NCBI GenBank assembly: GCA_021162685.1
Contig: JAGGYF010000010.1
Coordinates: 1-15,106 of the forward strand
From: Candidatus Iainarchaeum sp.
Lineage (GTDB): Archaea; B1Sed10-29; WALL01
Length of the DNA: 15,106 bases
Reading direction: 5' to 3'
This document shows positions 6,962 through 14,858 of the stretch, in pieces (positions within the stretch are counted from its first letter, which is position 1; each line of letters opens with the position of its first letter). Both the position numbers and the translations under genes were made by a program. The notes under the pieces were generated by a model, which had not been told where the DNA came from, made no database searches, and saw only the letters and a list, made by a program, of their open reading frames with translations.

Positions 6962-8107
6962 ATGTTTGAGGGCATAAAGAAGAACGTATTTTTTCTGGGC
7001 CTTGTTAGTTTGCTGAATGACACAAGTTCTGAGATAATTATGCCTTTGCTCCCTATCTTCCTGACAACAGTGCTCGGAGCAGACGCTAGCGTCGTAGGAT
7101 TGATAGAGGGCGTTGCCCAGGCAACAGCAAGCATCTCAAAGGCAATCTCTGGTTGGTTTTCAGACAGGATACATAAGAGAAAGAAGTTCTTGGTCGTTGG
7201 GTATTCTCTTTCTGCATTGTCAAAAACGTTTTATGGTTTGTCTGTTGTGTGGCCTCATGTTCTTCTGCTGCGGTTTTTGGACCGTGTAGGTAAGGGTGTG
7301 AGAGGTGCGCCAAGGGATGCGATGATATCAGATTCAACAGCATTTAGATACAGAGGAAAAGCATATGGTTTTCACAGAGCAATGGACACTCTCGGCGCTG
7401 TTTTGGGACCCATCCTTGCTATCCTCCTCTTACCAATCCTCGGCATGCGCATGCTCTTTATATTTGCTGCAATACCTGCTTTCATTGGAGTAATCATTGT
7501 AACATTATTTGTAAAGGAAAAGATTTCAACGCGATTAAGGAAGAAGATAAAGAGGATCACATTAACAAATAGCTTGAAGCGTTTCTTCATGGTGCTTGTT
7601 GTTTTCGCGCTCGGTAATTTCAGTTTTGCATTCCTCATACTGAGAGCAAAGGACGTAGGTATCGCAACCGAACACGTTATTGGCATATACCTCCTCTTCA
7701 ATATTGTTTATGCACTTGTGTCTATGCCTGCTGGAAAACTGTCAGACAGAATAGGAAGAAAAAAGACACTAGTTTTAGGCTATTTTACCTTCTTCTTTGT
7801 ATGTATCGGATTTGCACTTGCATCTTCATGGTTGTATATCCTGCTCTTCTTTGCTCTATATGGTATTTTTAAGGCTATAAACGAGCCAGTGTACAGAGCA
7901 TTTGTTGTTGACCTGTCAAAAAGGGGAACAGAAGCAACGTCGCTTGGCGTTGCGCAAATGCTTATAGGCATAATGGCTTTTCCATCCAGTGTGATTGCAG
8001 GGCTCCTGTGGACACATTTTGGGCCAAAAACAACATTCCTTTTCGGTGCAGTCACAGCAGCATTTGCAATAGTATTACTCATGATGTTCCATAGGCAACT
8101 AGAATAA
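6962..8107 (+). CDS. Major facilitator superfamily transporter
   Basis: About 12 TM segments; motif A GWFSDRIHKRK and GKLSDRIGRKK; DRVGKGVRGAPRDA. Confidence 0.93.
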   Translation: MFEGIKKNVFFLGLVSLLNDTSSEIIMPLLPIFLTTVLGADASVVGLIEGVAQATASISKAISGWFSDRIHKRKKFLVVGYSLSALSKTFYGLSVVWPHVLLLRFLDRVGKGVRGAPRDAMISDSTAFRYRGKAYGFHRAMDTLGAVLGPILAILLLPILGMRMLFIFAAIPAFIGVIIVTLFVKEKISTRLRKKIKRITLTNSLKRFFMVLVVFALGNFSFAFLILRAKDVGIATEHVIGIYLLFNIVYALVSMPAGKLSDRIGRKKTLVLGYFTFFFVCIGFALASSWLYILLFFALYGIFKAINEPVYRAFVVDLSKRGTEATSLGVAQMLIGIMAFPSSVIAGLLWTHFGPKTTFLFGAVTAAFAIVLLMMFHRQLE

Positions 8108-8138
8108 CTTATTTATACCTTCGCACCATTAAGAGATT

Positions 8139-8759
8139 ATGCCTCTCCCTCAGCAACAACCACAGCGGATAATCAAGGTTAGGACAATTATAAAGAGGAG
8201 CCTCAACTTTAATATTGTTTTGTTTCCTGGCGTTATTTTTCACGAACTAGCACACCTAATCGCATCCTTACTTTTTGGTGCAAGGGTTACAAAAGCAAAG
8301 TTCTGGGACCCAAAGCGTGCGGAAATCGTACACGAGGAAGTTGGGGGCATTAGGGGATACTTCATCTCAACCGCACCTTTCTTTTTTGGAACATTCCTCT
8401 CTATCATATTCACTTATCTGGCACAAGAGGCAGCAATAATGTTAAAACCATACTCTCCGTGGCAGGCATATTTCCAGGTGATTCTCCTGTACTATCTTGC
8501 TATAAGCGCAGCATATCATTGCTTTCCAAGTAAAAAGGACACCAGCAATGCAAGAAGAGAACTTGTCAAGCACTATCCCATAGCGCTTTCGTTCAGGCGC
8601 GGATTTGTGACAGGCATTATTGCTTGGCTTACTCTGATCCCAGTGTTTATTCCCCTTTATATCTCTTCTTTGGTCATGTCTTTTTTCGCCAGCATACCTA
8701 ACCTTGGTTTGCTATGGTATGTCATTATCTTTTTTGGTGTTGCAGCACTAACCTTTTAA
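8139..8759 (+). CDS. Membrane zincin metalloprotease (M50/DUF3267-like)
   Basis: PGVIFHELAH (HExxH), ISTAP and FPSKKD motifs, several TM helices. Confidence 0.75.
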   Translation: MPLPQQQPQRIIKVRTIIKRSLNFNIVLFPGVIFHELAHLIASLLFGARVTKAKFWDPKRAEIVHEEVGGIRGYFISTAPFFFGTFLSIIFTYLAQEAAIMLKPYSPWQAYFQVILLYYLAISAAYHCFPSKKDTSNARRELVKHYPIALSFRRGFVTGIIAWLTLIPVFIPLYISSLVMSFFASIPNLGLLWYVIIFFGVAALTF

Positions 8760-8795
8760 ATACCAATCTTTAAAACTATATGAAAGGTGTTAGAC

Positions 8796-9098
8796 ATGGC
8801 AGACCCTATAAAAATCTATGAAATACAGCCAACATCCTATCAGAAGATTGTCCAAGTAACAAGGCAGGACCACTTTGCAAGGAATGGTTATACGCTCAGA
8901 GATGCAAAAGCATTAGGCATAGATAGAGATGTTTACTATCTGTACATAAAAGCACCAGAGGAATTCTTCAAGGAGCATGAGAAAGAGATTCTCATAGAAG
9001 GTGTAAAACCATTGGAAAGTGTTGAATACGAGAACGTGAAGAGAGTCATTGAAGCAGAGGAAGAAAACGTAGCAAGTGGCATTGCACTATTTGGATAA
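8796..9098 (+). CDS. Hypothetical protein, 100 aa (start revised to ATG 8796)
   Basis: SD AGGTG at 8785-8789; C-terminal EEENVASGIALFG; stop codon 11 nt before tRNA-Leu. Confidence 0.75.
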   Translation: MADPIKIYEIQPTSYQKIVQVTRQDHFARNGYTLRDAKALGIDRDVYYLYIKAPEEFFKEHEKEILIEGVKPLESVEYENVKRVIEAEEENVASGIALFG

Positions 9099-9109
9099 GC
9101 TTTGGCAAT

Positions 9110-9222
9110 GCAGGGGTGCCGGAGCGGTCAAACGGGGTGGACTCAAGGGGTAACAAAACGCCCGTCTTCCTGAGACATCCACTGGCTTAGTGCCTACGAG
9201 GGTTCAAATCCCTTCCCCTGCA
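9110..9222 (+). tRNA. tRNA-Leu(CAA), intron at 37/38, long variable arm, no encoded CCA
   Basis: Acceptor GCAGGGG/CCCCTGC plus A73, anticodon stem GTGGA/TCCAC, CAA at 9144-9146, variable arm GGC-TTAGT-GCC, T-arm GAGGG-TTCAAAT-CCCTT. Confidence 0.95.
9148..9176 (+). other. 29-nt tRNA intron with canonical BHB
   Basis: Central helix CTCA (9142-9145)/TGAG (9171-9174), 3-nt bulges AG|G and AC|A, outer pairs GG/CC. Confidence 0.9.
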
Positions 9223-9225
9223 CTC

Positions 9226-9286
9226 AGGGGGCCTTGTGCCCCCTCTCTTGGATTTAGGTTTTGATGAAACTTTTGTAAAAAGTTTC
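9226..9286 (+). repeat. Two hairpins forming a minimal non-coding module
   Basis: AGGGGGC-CTTGT-GCCCCCT (9226-9244) and GAAACTTTT-GTA-AAAAGTTTC (9266-9286). Confidence 0.85.
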
Positions 9287-9308
9287 TTCGAATCCCTTCC
9301 CCTGCACT
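9287..9308 (+). repeat. tRNA-Leu 3'-end copy 1
   Basis: TTCGAATCCCTTCCCCTGCACT, 21/22 identical to 9203-9224. Confidence 0.92.
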
Positions 9309-9496
9309 GACCAAATTACACATGGTCGTTCGTTGTGGGATACAAGATCCCACTTACAGCAGGAGGGGGTGTGGAATCCGAGGGTTCGCAAAGCGAAGCA
9401 AGGGAGTATATTCTCGTAGTATGCTCTGCGCTTCGCATTGCGCAGGGGGAACCTGGGTTCACCATAAAGGACGCTCTTCGAATCCCTTCCCCTGCA
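9309..9496 (+). ncRNA. Putative structured non-coding module
   Basis: Consecutive GC-rich hairpins at 9309-9327, 9335-9353, 9385-9397, 9426-9445 and 9449-9460; no credible ORF. Confidence 0.4.
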
Positions 9497-9500
9497 CTCA
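9477..9500 (+). repeat. tRNA-Leu 3'-end copy 2
   Basis: TTCGAATCCCTTCCCCTGCACTCA, 23/24 identical to 9203-9226. Confidence 0.92.
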
Positions 9501-9595
9501 CTTGTTAAATAATCATAACGAACATATTAAGCATGTAAAAATAGGTAGTAAGTTTTTTATATAATTGGTTATATAATGACTATAGGTGATGTATA

Positions 9596-9823
9596 GTGGG
9601 TGCAACTACAACTATCCAACTCCATAAGTCAGTAGTAAATGCTCTAAAGGAGATTAAAGCATATCCACGACAAACTTACAATGAATTAATCTTGCAGTTG
9701 ATAGAGGTATTCAAGAGGGTTAAGTCCAGAAACCAATATGATGAGTTTCTTCACAAAATACAGCAATACAAAATGAGAGAACTGTGGGATAACAAAGAAG
9801 ATGAGGCTTGGGAAGATGCTTAG
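9596..9823 (+). CDS. Putative antitoxin of the MazF/PemK pair
   Basis: GTG start with SD AGGTGAT (9584-9590). RHH-like TTIQL...TYNELI and acidic tail LWDNKEDEAW; overlaps the toxin start. Confidence 0.8.
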   Translation: MGATTTIQLHKSVVNALKEIKAYPRQTYNELILQLIEVFKRVKSRNQYDEFLHKIQQYKMRELWDNKEDEAWEDA

Positions 9824-10130
9824 TTCAGGAGATGTAGTATTAGCAAGGGTCCAATTTACTGACACTCTAGAAATAAAAAAACGACCTGCTTTAGTGTTGT
9901 TTGAAGAATTTGATAATGTAGTGGTTGCAGGTATAACAAGCAACCTTAAGATGAAAGGAATTCCCCTTTCAAAAAAAGAAGGGGCAATAAAAGATAGCGT
10001 AATAAAATTAAATTACATCTTTACAATATCCAAAGCAATGGTTTATAAGATACTGTTCCATCTCAGTAAAGAGAAAAAAGCAATTGTTTTTAACGAATTA
10101 ACAAAACGCCTAGGTGCACTAAAAGTTTAA
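9816..10130 (+). CDS. MazF/PemK-family toxin (104 aa; start revised to ATG 9816)
   Basis: GDVVLARVQFTDTLEIKKRPALVL...VVVAGITSN. Confidence 0.9.
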   Translation: MLSSGDVVLARVQFTDTLEIKKRPALVLFEEFDNVVVAGITSNLKMKGIPLSKKEGAIKDSVIKLNYIFTISKAMVYKILFHLSKEKKAIVFNELTKRLGALKV

Positions 10131-10152
10131 TTCGTTAGCGGGTTCTGGCCCA

Positions 10153-10195
10153 GGTTCAAATCCCTTCTGAGGCTTAGGGAGGCCCTGTGCCCTAA
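10153..10195 (+). repeat. Hybrid Leu/Thr tRNA 3'-end copy plus degenerate GC hairpin
   Basis: GGTTCAAATCCCTTC (= Leu 9201-9215) + T + GAGGCTT (= Thr 224-230), then AGGGAGGC-CCTGT-GCCCT. Confidence 0.8.
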
Positions 10196-10249
10196 AGAAG
10201 CCTCTAAATCCTTGACATCCTATGTGGCTAAGGATCCATTTATGAATGT

Positions 10250-10269
10250 TGTAAACAATAGTGTTTACA
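10250..10269. promoter_or_regulatory. Palindromic operator upstream of the RHH pseudogene
   Basis: TGTAAACA-ATAG-TGTTTACA, 8 nt before ATG 10278. Confidence 0.7.
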
Positions 10270-10277
10270 GTGATGTT

Positions 10278-10495
10278 ATGGTCCAAGTCCAACTAAGAGT
10301 TCCAAAAGAGTTAGTTAAAGAATTAGATGAATGGGTAAAAGAGGGCAGGTTTGGGAGCAGAAGCGATGCTATAAAAACAATCATTGCATTATACGAAGAA
10401 AGAGAGAAAACAAGGGAGTTCTATAAGATGCCAATAGAAAGAAGCAAAGAGGCGAAAAAGAAGCGGAGTTGCTTATACCTCTTGAGGAAATATAA
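10278..10495 (+). pseudogene. RHH (CopG-type) antitoxin with a 1-nt deletion near 10464
   Basis: MVQVQLRVPKELVKELDEWVKEGRFGSRSDAIK. The shifted frame gives the typical tail ELLIPLEEI* ending TAA 10493-10495, abutting ATG. Confidence 0.75.
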
Positions 10496-10624
10496 ATGTA
10501 TAAAATCTTTTTTCATCAGAAAGCAAAAAGCGCCTTTGATAGATTAGAATCTCAAATCCAGGAGGAATTATTGTTTATAGGTCACAGAAAAAATGTTTAT
10601 GATAACTTTTCAAAGTTATTCTAA
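10496..10624 (+). pseudogene. RelE-family toxin remnant with in-frame internal deletion (42 aa)
   Basis: MYKIFFHQKAKSAFDRLESQIQE is joined directly to LLFIGHRKNVY; the central catalytic region is absent. Confidence 0.75.
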
Positions 10625-10631
10625 TCTTTTT

Positions 10632-10982
10632 TTACATCTGGTTTATTATCTGTTTTATAACCTTAGTCTTTCTGTCAATTTCTTCAATCAAACGTTTTCT
10701 CAATGCGTCTTTTTCTAGTCGCTTGAACTCATAGTAGTACCCTCTACCTTTTGTTTTTCTCTCTCTGATAACAACACCAATGGCCATAAGTTTCGTTAAA
10801 CTCCTCTGCACTGTACTTTGGTTTTTACCAATTTTTTCCACAAGTTGGTTTGTTGTTTTCGGTTTTTTCAAGAGTTTTAATATCTCCGTATCTGTATCAT
10901 TAAGGCCGAGCAAACATTTTAGTATATTATCTGTTGTTGGTTTCTCTGTAAACAAGAACGCACAGAACTCATTTGCTTGCAT
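10632..10982 (-). CDS. Archaeal wHTH transcriptional regulator (COG3355/TrmB-like; start revised to ATG 10982)
   Basis: ILKCLLGLNDTDTEILKLL...TTNQLVEKIGKNQSTVQRSLTKLMAIGVVIR...GRGYYY. Confidence 0.82.
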   Translation of the reverse strand: MQANEFCAFLFTEKPTTDNILKCLLGLNDTDTEILKLLKKPKTTNQLVEKIGKNQSTVQRSLTKLMAIGVVIRERKTKGRGYYYEFKRLEKDALRKRLIEEIDRKTKVIKQIINQM

Positions 10983-11246
10983 AGTCCCTATTATACATAA
11001 CCACATATATAAACATGTATTGTTATGCCATTCCAATGCATAATCTATCCTTCAAGCAGTATCTTCATTGCCAGCATAAACAACAGTCTACTACACATAT
11101 CAACTGTGATAGAAAGTTATAAAAAATCTCATGTGAGATTATCAACAGTGTAGTTATAATACCAAAAGGAACACCAATAAGAAAACTAGCAGTTAGCCGA
11201 CAAAATCCACAAAAGTTTAAATAACTGTTTGTGTTCAACTAATCGC

Positions 11247-11957
11247 ATGCAAGTTTCTGTGATTGTACCAACTCTAAATGAAGAGAAGGAGATAGAGAAG
11301 TGCCTAGCATCTATAAGAAAGCAAGACACGTCTCTCACATACGAGTTAATAGTTTCTGATGCGTATAGCGAAGATAAAACAGTAGATATTGCCAAGAAAT
11401 ATGCAGATAAGGTTGTGTATGCAGAGAGAGGGATATGGAGAGGCAGGAACAAAGGAGCAGAAGTAGCCCGTGGTGATGTCTTGGTTTTCATAGATGCAGA
11501 TACATCTATCCCTCCAAACTATCTAGATGTTGTTTATGCAGTTCTGAAAGACAGAACAATAGCTGCGCTTACATGTGGGTTCAGATTCTCCAAAAAATCA
11601 AAAAGATTAGATACAGCGGCAAACCTCTTGAATGATTATTTTACATTCAGATATTTAACAGGAAGAGGCACATTAAGTGGGTTTAACCTATGTACCACAA
11701 GAGAGGTTTTTGATGCTGTTGGAGGATTTCCAAACTCTCCAATAGAGGATGGAAAGTTTGGCGAATTAGCATCTAAGTTCGGAAGAATTGTCTTTTTGCC
11801 AGAACCGAAGGTTGAGACATCCTCAAGGCGACTAGAATCTCAGGGGTTACATGGTGCACTATCATACTACCTGCAGTTAATGCTTACAGAAGACGCACCA
11901 GATTTTTTGAAGGGCATAAATCCCATGCGATATAAGGACTACTTCCCTGTACGCTGA
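11247..11957 (+). CDS. Glycosyltransferase family 2 (start revised to ATG 11247)
   Basis: VSVIVPTLNEE, DAYSEDKT, RNKGA, FIDAD, GGF...ED, TSSRR motifs; TTTAAATA at 11216-11223. Confidence 0.93.
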   Translation: MQVSVIVPTLNEEKEIEKCLASIRKQDTSLTYELIVSDAYSEDKTVDIAKKYADKVVYAERGIWRGRNKGAEVARGDVLVFIDADTSIPPNYLDVVYAVLKDRTIAALTCGFRFSKKSKRLDTAANLLNDYFTFRYLTGRGTLSGFNLCTTREVFDAVGGFPNSPIEDGKFGELASKFGRIVFLPEPKVETSSRRLESQGLHGALSYYLQLMLTEDAPDFLKGINPMRYKDYFPVR

Positions 11958-13177
11958 TTTTTATTCTTCTTCTCCTTTTCATTATCAGGTTTAATTAAGG
12001 ATACACCAATTACTGTAAATATGATTGTAAAGAGGATCACTGAAAGAACAAGGGTTGTGAATCCTTTCAGTATCTCATAATGTGGAATGGTTGATGGAAG
12101 CATATAGAGGGGCATTTGTGCGATAACCGCGGCTGCTAATCCTCTTCCTGCCATAACAGAGATAATCCTCTTGTCATATCTTTTCAACGTCTCATTAAAC
12201 AACGCAAGTTCAGCAGCGAAGTATCTCATTATCATGAATGCAATTGCTAGTATGAGGCCATATGCAACAAGGTCCCATCTAGCAAAGTTTATCAACATGC
12301 CAAGGTAAACGAAGAAAAAGGTTTTTATGAAGAATTCTATTTCTGAATAGAAGAACTTTGCTCCTTTATCTACAGTTGCTTCCTCAGGCAATTTTATAAG
12401 TTTTCTTAATTCGTTTTTGTTTCCTAAAACCAACCCAAACATCAGTGCACCTAACGCTCCATTGCCCCCAATAAACTCAATGAACACATATGCAAACATC
12501 AATGCTGCCAGTGTTACAATGTATGATTTTATCTCCTTCTCTATTCTCACCAACACAAAAAACCATATGATACCAAATAATGAACCCATTGTTATGCCAA
12601 TAGCAAATGCAGCGATTACTGATTGTACTGCTGAGTACACATCCACAAGACCCTTTCCTATAATATCAATGAGAGCAATGCCCAATACAACAACCAGTAT
12701 GTCCGTTGCACTTGACTCTATAATGAGCATGGGCTTCACAACATCAGAGACTTTCAGTTTTGTAATGATCGGGGCAATAACGCTGCTGCTTGTTCCACCA
12801 ACTGTTATCCCAAGCAGCAATCCATAAGAAAGTGGCCATTTCAGTAGTGAGGTAAATATGAGAGTAGTGAGTATGCTAAAAATAAACGACGCAACAGATA
12901 AAACTAGGCCTCTTGGCACTCCTTTAACGAACTTGCTTATGCGCATATTCAACCCACTTTTAAAAAGAATGAGCATCAATGCTATTGCTCCAAATGGTCC
13001 TGCCAGGTTTATTGCTATCTCCTTTTGTGCAGGGTTCATAAAGAGCCCAAGTATGATTCCAAAAATAATAAGCCAGATGATATCAGGTATGTTTGTCCTT
13101 TTGAATATGATCTCGCCGATAAACCCTATAAATAGGATAACAGATGCAATCAGCAGTATTGTCAGTGTATCTATCAT
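11939..13177 (-). CDS. Cation:proton antiporter, CPA1/NhaP-like
   Basis: About 13 TM segments; LILFKSG, GGTSSSVI, ESSATD, FFIKTFFFVYLG, GRGLAAAV. Confidence 0.9.
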   Translation of the reverse strand: MIDTLTILLIASVILFIGFIGEIIFKRTNIPDIIWLIIFGIILGLFMNPAQKEIAINLAGPFGAIALMLILFKSGLNMRISKFVKGVPRGLVLSVASFIFSILTTLIFTSLLKWPLSYGLLLGITVGGTSSSVIAPIITKLKVSDVVKPMLIIESSATDILVVVLGIALIDIIGKGLVDVYSAVQSVIAAFAIGITMGSLFGIIWFFVLVRIEKEIKSYIVTLAALMFAYVFIEFIGGNGALGALMFGLVLGNKNELRKLIKLPEEATVDKGAKFFYSEIEFFIKTFFFVYLGMLINFARWDLVAYGLILAIAFMIMRYFAAELALFNETLKRYDKRIISVMAGRGLAAAVIAQMPLYMLPSTIPHYEILKGFTTLVLSVILFTIIFTVIGVSLIKPDNEKEKKNKNQRTGK

Positions 13178-13237
13178 GGTTAGAGCAACGAAATTTTAGT
13201 TTATATAGGTTTTGGTGTAAAAAAGAAGAAGAGGGGG

Positions 13238-13438
13238 TCAGAAGCCCTCTGGCACAAGATTCTCTTCTGGAAAATCTTCCAGTTCCTCTGTTGTTACGTT
13301 CAATGAACTCTCTATGTTTTCCAGTTCTGAGAGGGAGACACCTTCTGTTTCTTGTGTTGGTGATTGCTGCAGCGCTACATATGCTGCTAAGACTACCACA
13401 ACCACAAGAACCGCAACAGCTATAATCTTTGTATCCAT
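13238..13438 (-). CDS. Small membrane-anchored acidic protein (66 aa)
   Basis: N-terminal TM and acidic tail; starts 1 nt after the upstream stop, with an SD-like GGAGG and a T-rich tract downstream. Confidence 0.75.
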   Translation of the reverse strand: MDTKIIAVAVLVVVVVLAAYVALQQSPTQETEGVSLSELENIESSLNVTTEELEDFPEENLVPEGF

Positions 13439-13439
13439 C

Positions 13440-14681
13440 TTATCCCTCCTTCATCTCCTGTACCAATTGTCTTATCGTTGTTGCAAATTCTCTGTATCTA
13501 TTCTTCAGTGTTTTTATGTCCTCTTTTGTTTTTTCGTACTCACCCGCGTCCTGGCTCACCTTTGCATCATTTATAATCTGTTTCATCTCCTGTAATGCCA
13601 CCTCAGCCTCTGCGGTATCTATCCCCTTCTTTTTTGCCATTTCCACAAGTTTTTCTGATTTACTAACTACTGTCTCTACTCTCTCAATTGTTTTTGTCAC
13701 AACCTGTTTTCTCATCACCTCTGAATACATCTTTCTAAATTCAATCCATAGCGAACGGATTTCCTTATTCACCCTGATTACTTCTGTTCTATTTTCTGAA
13801 TCATATGCTGCTTCTAGTTCAGTCCTCATCCCCTTTACTTCATCAAGCTTTTCTCTAAGTTCACTCACATTTAAGCCTACCTTCTCTTCGAATACTGTTA
13901 ATACATGCTCTGCAGACGCTATGTTCTTGTCAAACACCATCAATGCAACTTCTTTCAAGTGCTGCCAATTCTCTGTTCTCATGCGTTTGATTTCTGGTTT
14001 TGCCTCAAGTTCTTCTGATATCTCCGCTTCAATGGTATCTGCCTCATCTCCCATCTTCTCTCTTGCACTCTCTCTAAATTGGTTTGCAATCGTTTTCATC
14101 TCTTGTGCAATCTGGTCAGGGTTGTCAGATTCTTGAAGCTCTATGTATTTAGTGAAAAACGCATCCCTCATCTCCTCTAAGTCCGAAGTATTCATCCCTT
14201 TTTCTTTTAATCTTTCGATGGTAAGATTCATTCTCTCCCCAAATTCATTTACAGCAGCATCATATTTCATGCGTTTACCTTCTCTGATGATCTCTGTCGG
14301 TTTCATTTCATGCATTTTTTCCAATCTAGTTCGCCTTATTTCCTGTACTTTCACTAATGCATACTCTCTTACACTCACTCCTATCTCTTTTGCAATAGAT
14401 GCAATACCTCTTCCAGTGAAATTTCCACTCGCTATGGCGTCCTTTATTCTCTTTACCTTGTCTTCAACAATCTGTTCAGTTATGTACTTCCCCATTCCTT
14501 TCACTGTTCCACTTTCGTTCTCAGTCATGTCTGGTGCTTGTGGGGCAGACCCCTTTTTAACATCTGTTGGAATGTCTGGGTTTGGGATACCTGTACTGCT
14601 CCGTCCTCCAGCCATGGGCAACGCAAACACACTTGCTACAAAGAATAGCACAAACAACGCCCCTATCAATTTTTTATCCAT
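13440..14681 (-). CDS. Secreted Glu/Lys-rich alpha-helical/coiled-coil protein (413 aa)
   Basis: Signal peptide MDKKLIGALFVLFFVASVFA; SD GGAGGTG at 14687-14693; several N-x-S/T sequons. Confidence 0.85.
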   Translation of the reverse strand: MDKKLIGALFVLFFVASVFALPMAGGRSSTGIPNPDIPTDVKKGSAPQAPDMTENESGTVKGMGKYITEQIVEDKVKRIKDAIASGNFTGRGIASIAKEIGVSVREYALVKVQEIRRTRLEKMHEMKPTEIIREGKRMKYDAAVNEFGERMNLTIERLKEKGMNTSDLEEMRDAFFTKYIELQESDNPDQIAQEMKTIANQFRESAREKMGDEADTIEAEISEELEAKPEIKRMRTENWQHLKEVALMVFDKNIASAEHVLTVFEEKVGLNVSELREKLDEVKGMRTELEAAYDSENRTEVIRVNKEIRSLWIEFRKMYSEVMRKQVVTKTIERVETVVSKSEKLVEMAKKKGIDTAEAEVALQEMKQIINDAKVSQDAGEYEKTKEDIKTLKNRYREFATTIRQLVQEMKEG

Positions 14682-14858
14682 TTTTACACCTCCTTTTTCT
14701 AAATAACGCTTAAATTTATGCTATTTCACATATTTAAGCCTTTCTCTGTTTAATCTAATTTAAAAAAGCCTAAAATACTTTATAATGCTTTACAAAGCTT
14801 TATCTAATCCCCACTCACCCAAATCATTAAAAATATCAGAGAATACCAATAAGTACAT

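Noticed and set aside
9203-9500. CRISPR array interpretation of the 22-24 bp repeats
   Set aside because: The repeats are tRNA 3' ends, the spacing is irregular (84 and 190 bp), and there are no cas genes.
9316-9564. ORFs of 61 and 80 aa in the Leu array
   Set aside because: They cross the tRNA repeat and hairpins, lack an RBS and have atypical composition.
10212-10547. 111-aa ORF as an intact gene
   Set aside because: Better explained as a frameshifted antitoxin starting at 10278 and reading into the toxin remnant.
11939-11957. 19-bp convergent overlap of the GT2 and antiporter genes
   Set aside because: Common in compact archaeal genomes.
13429-14706. Plus-strand ORFs of 235 and 187 aa, and similar ones at 3410-3919 and 12417-13199
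   Set aside because: Antisense shadows of well-supported minus-strand genes.
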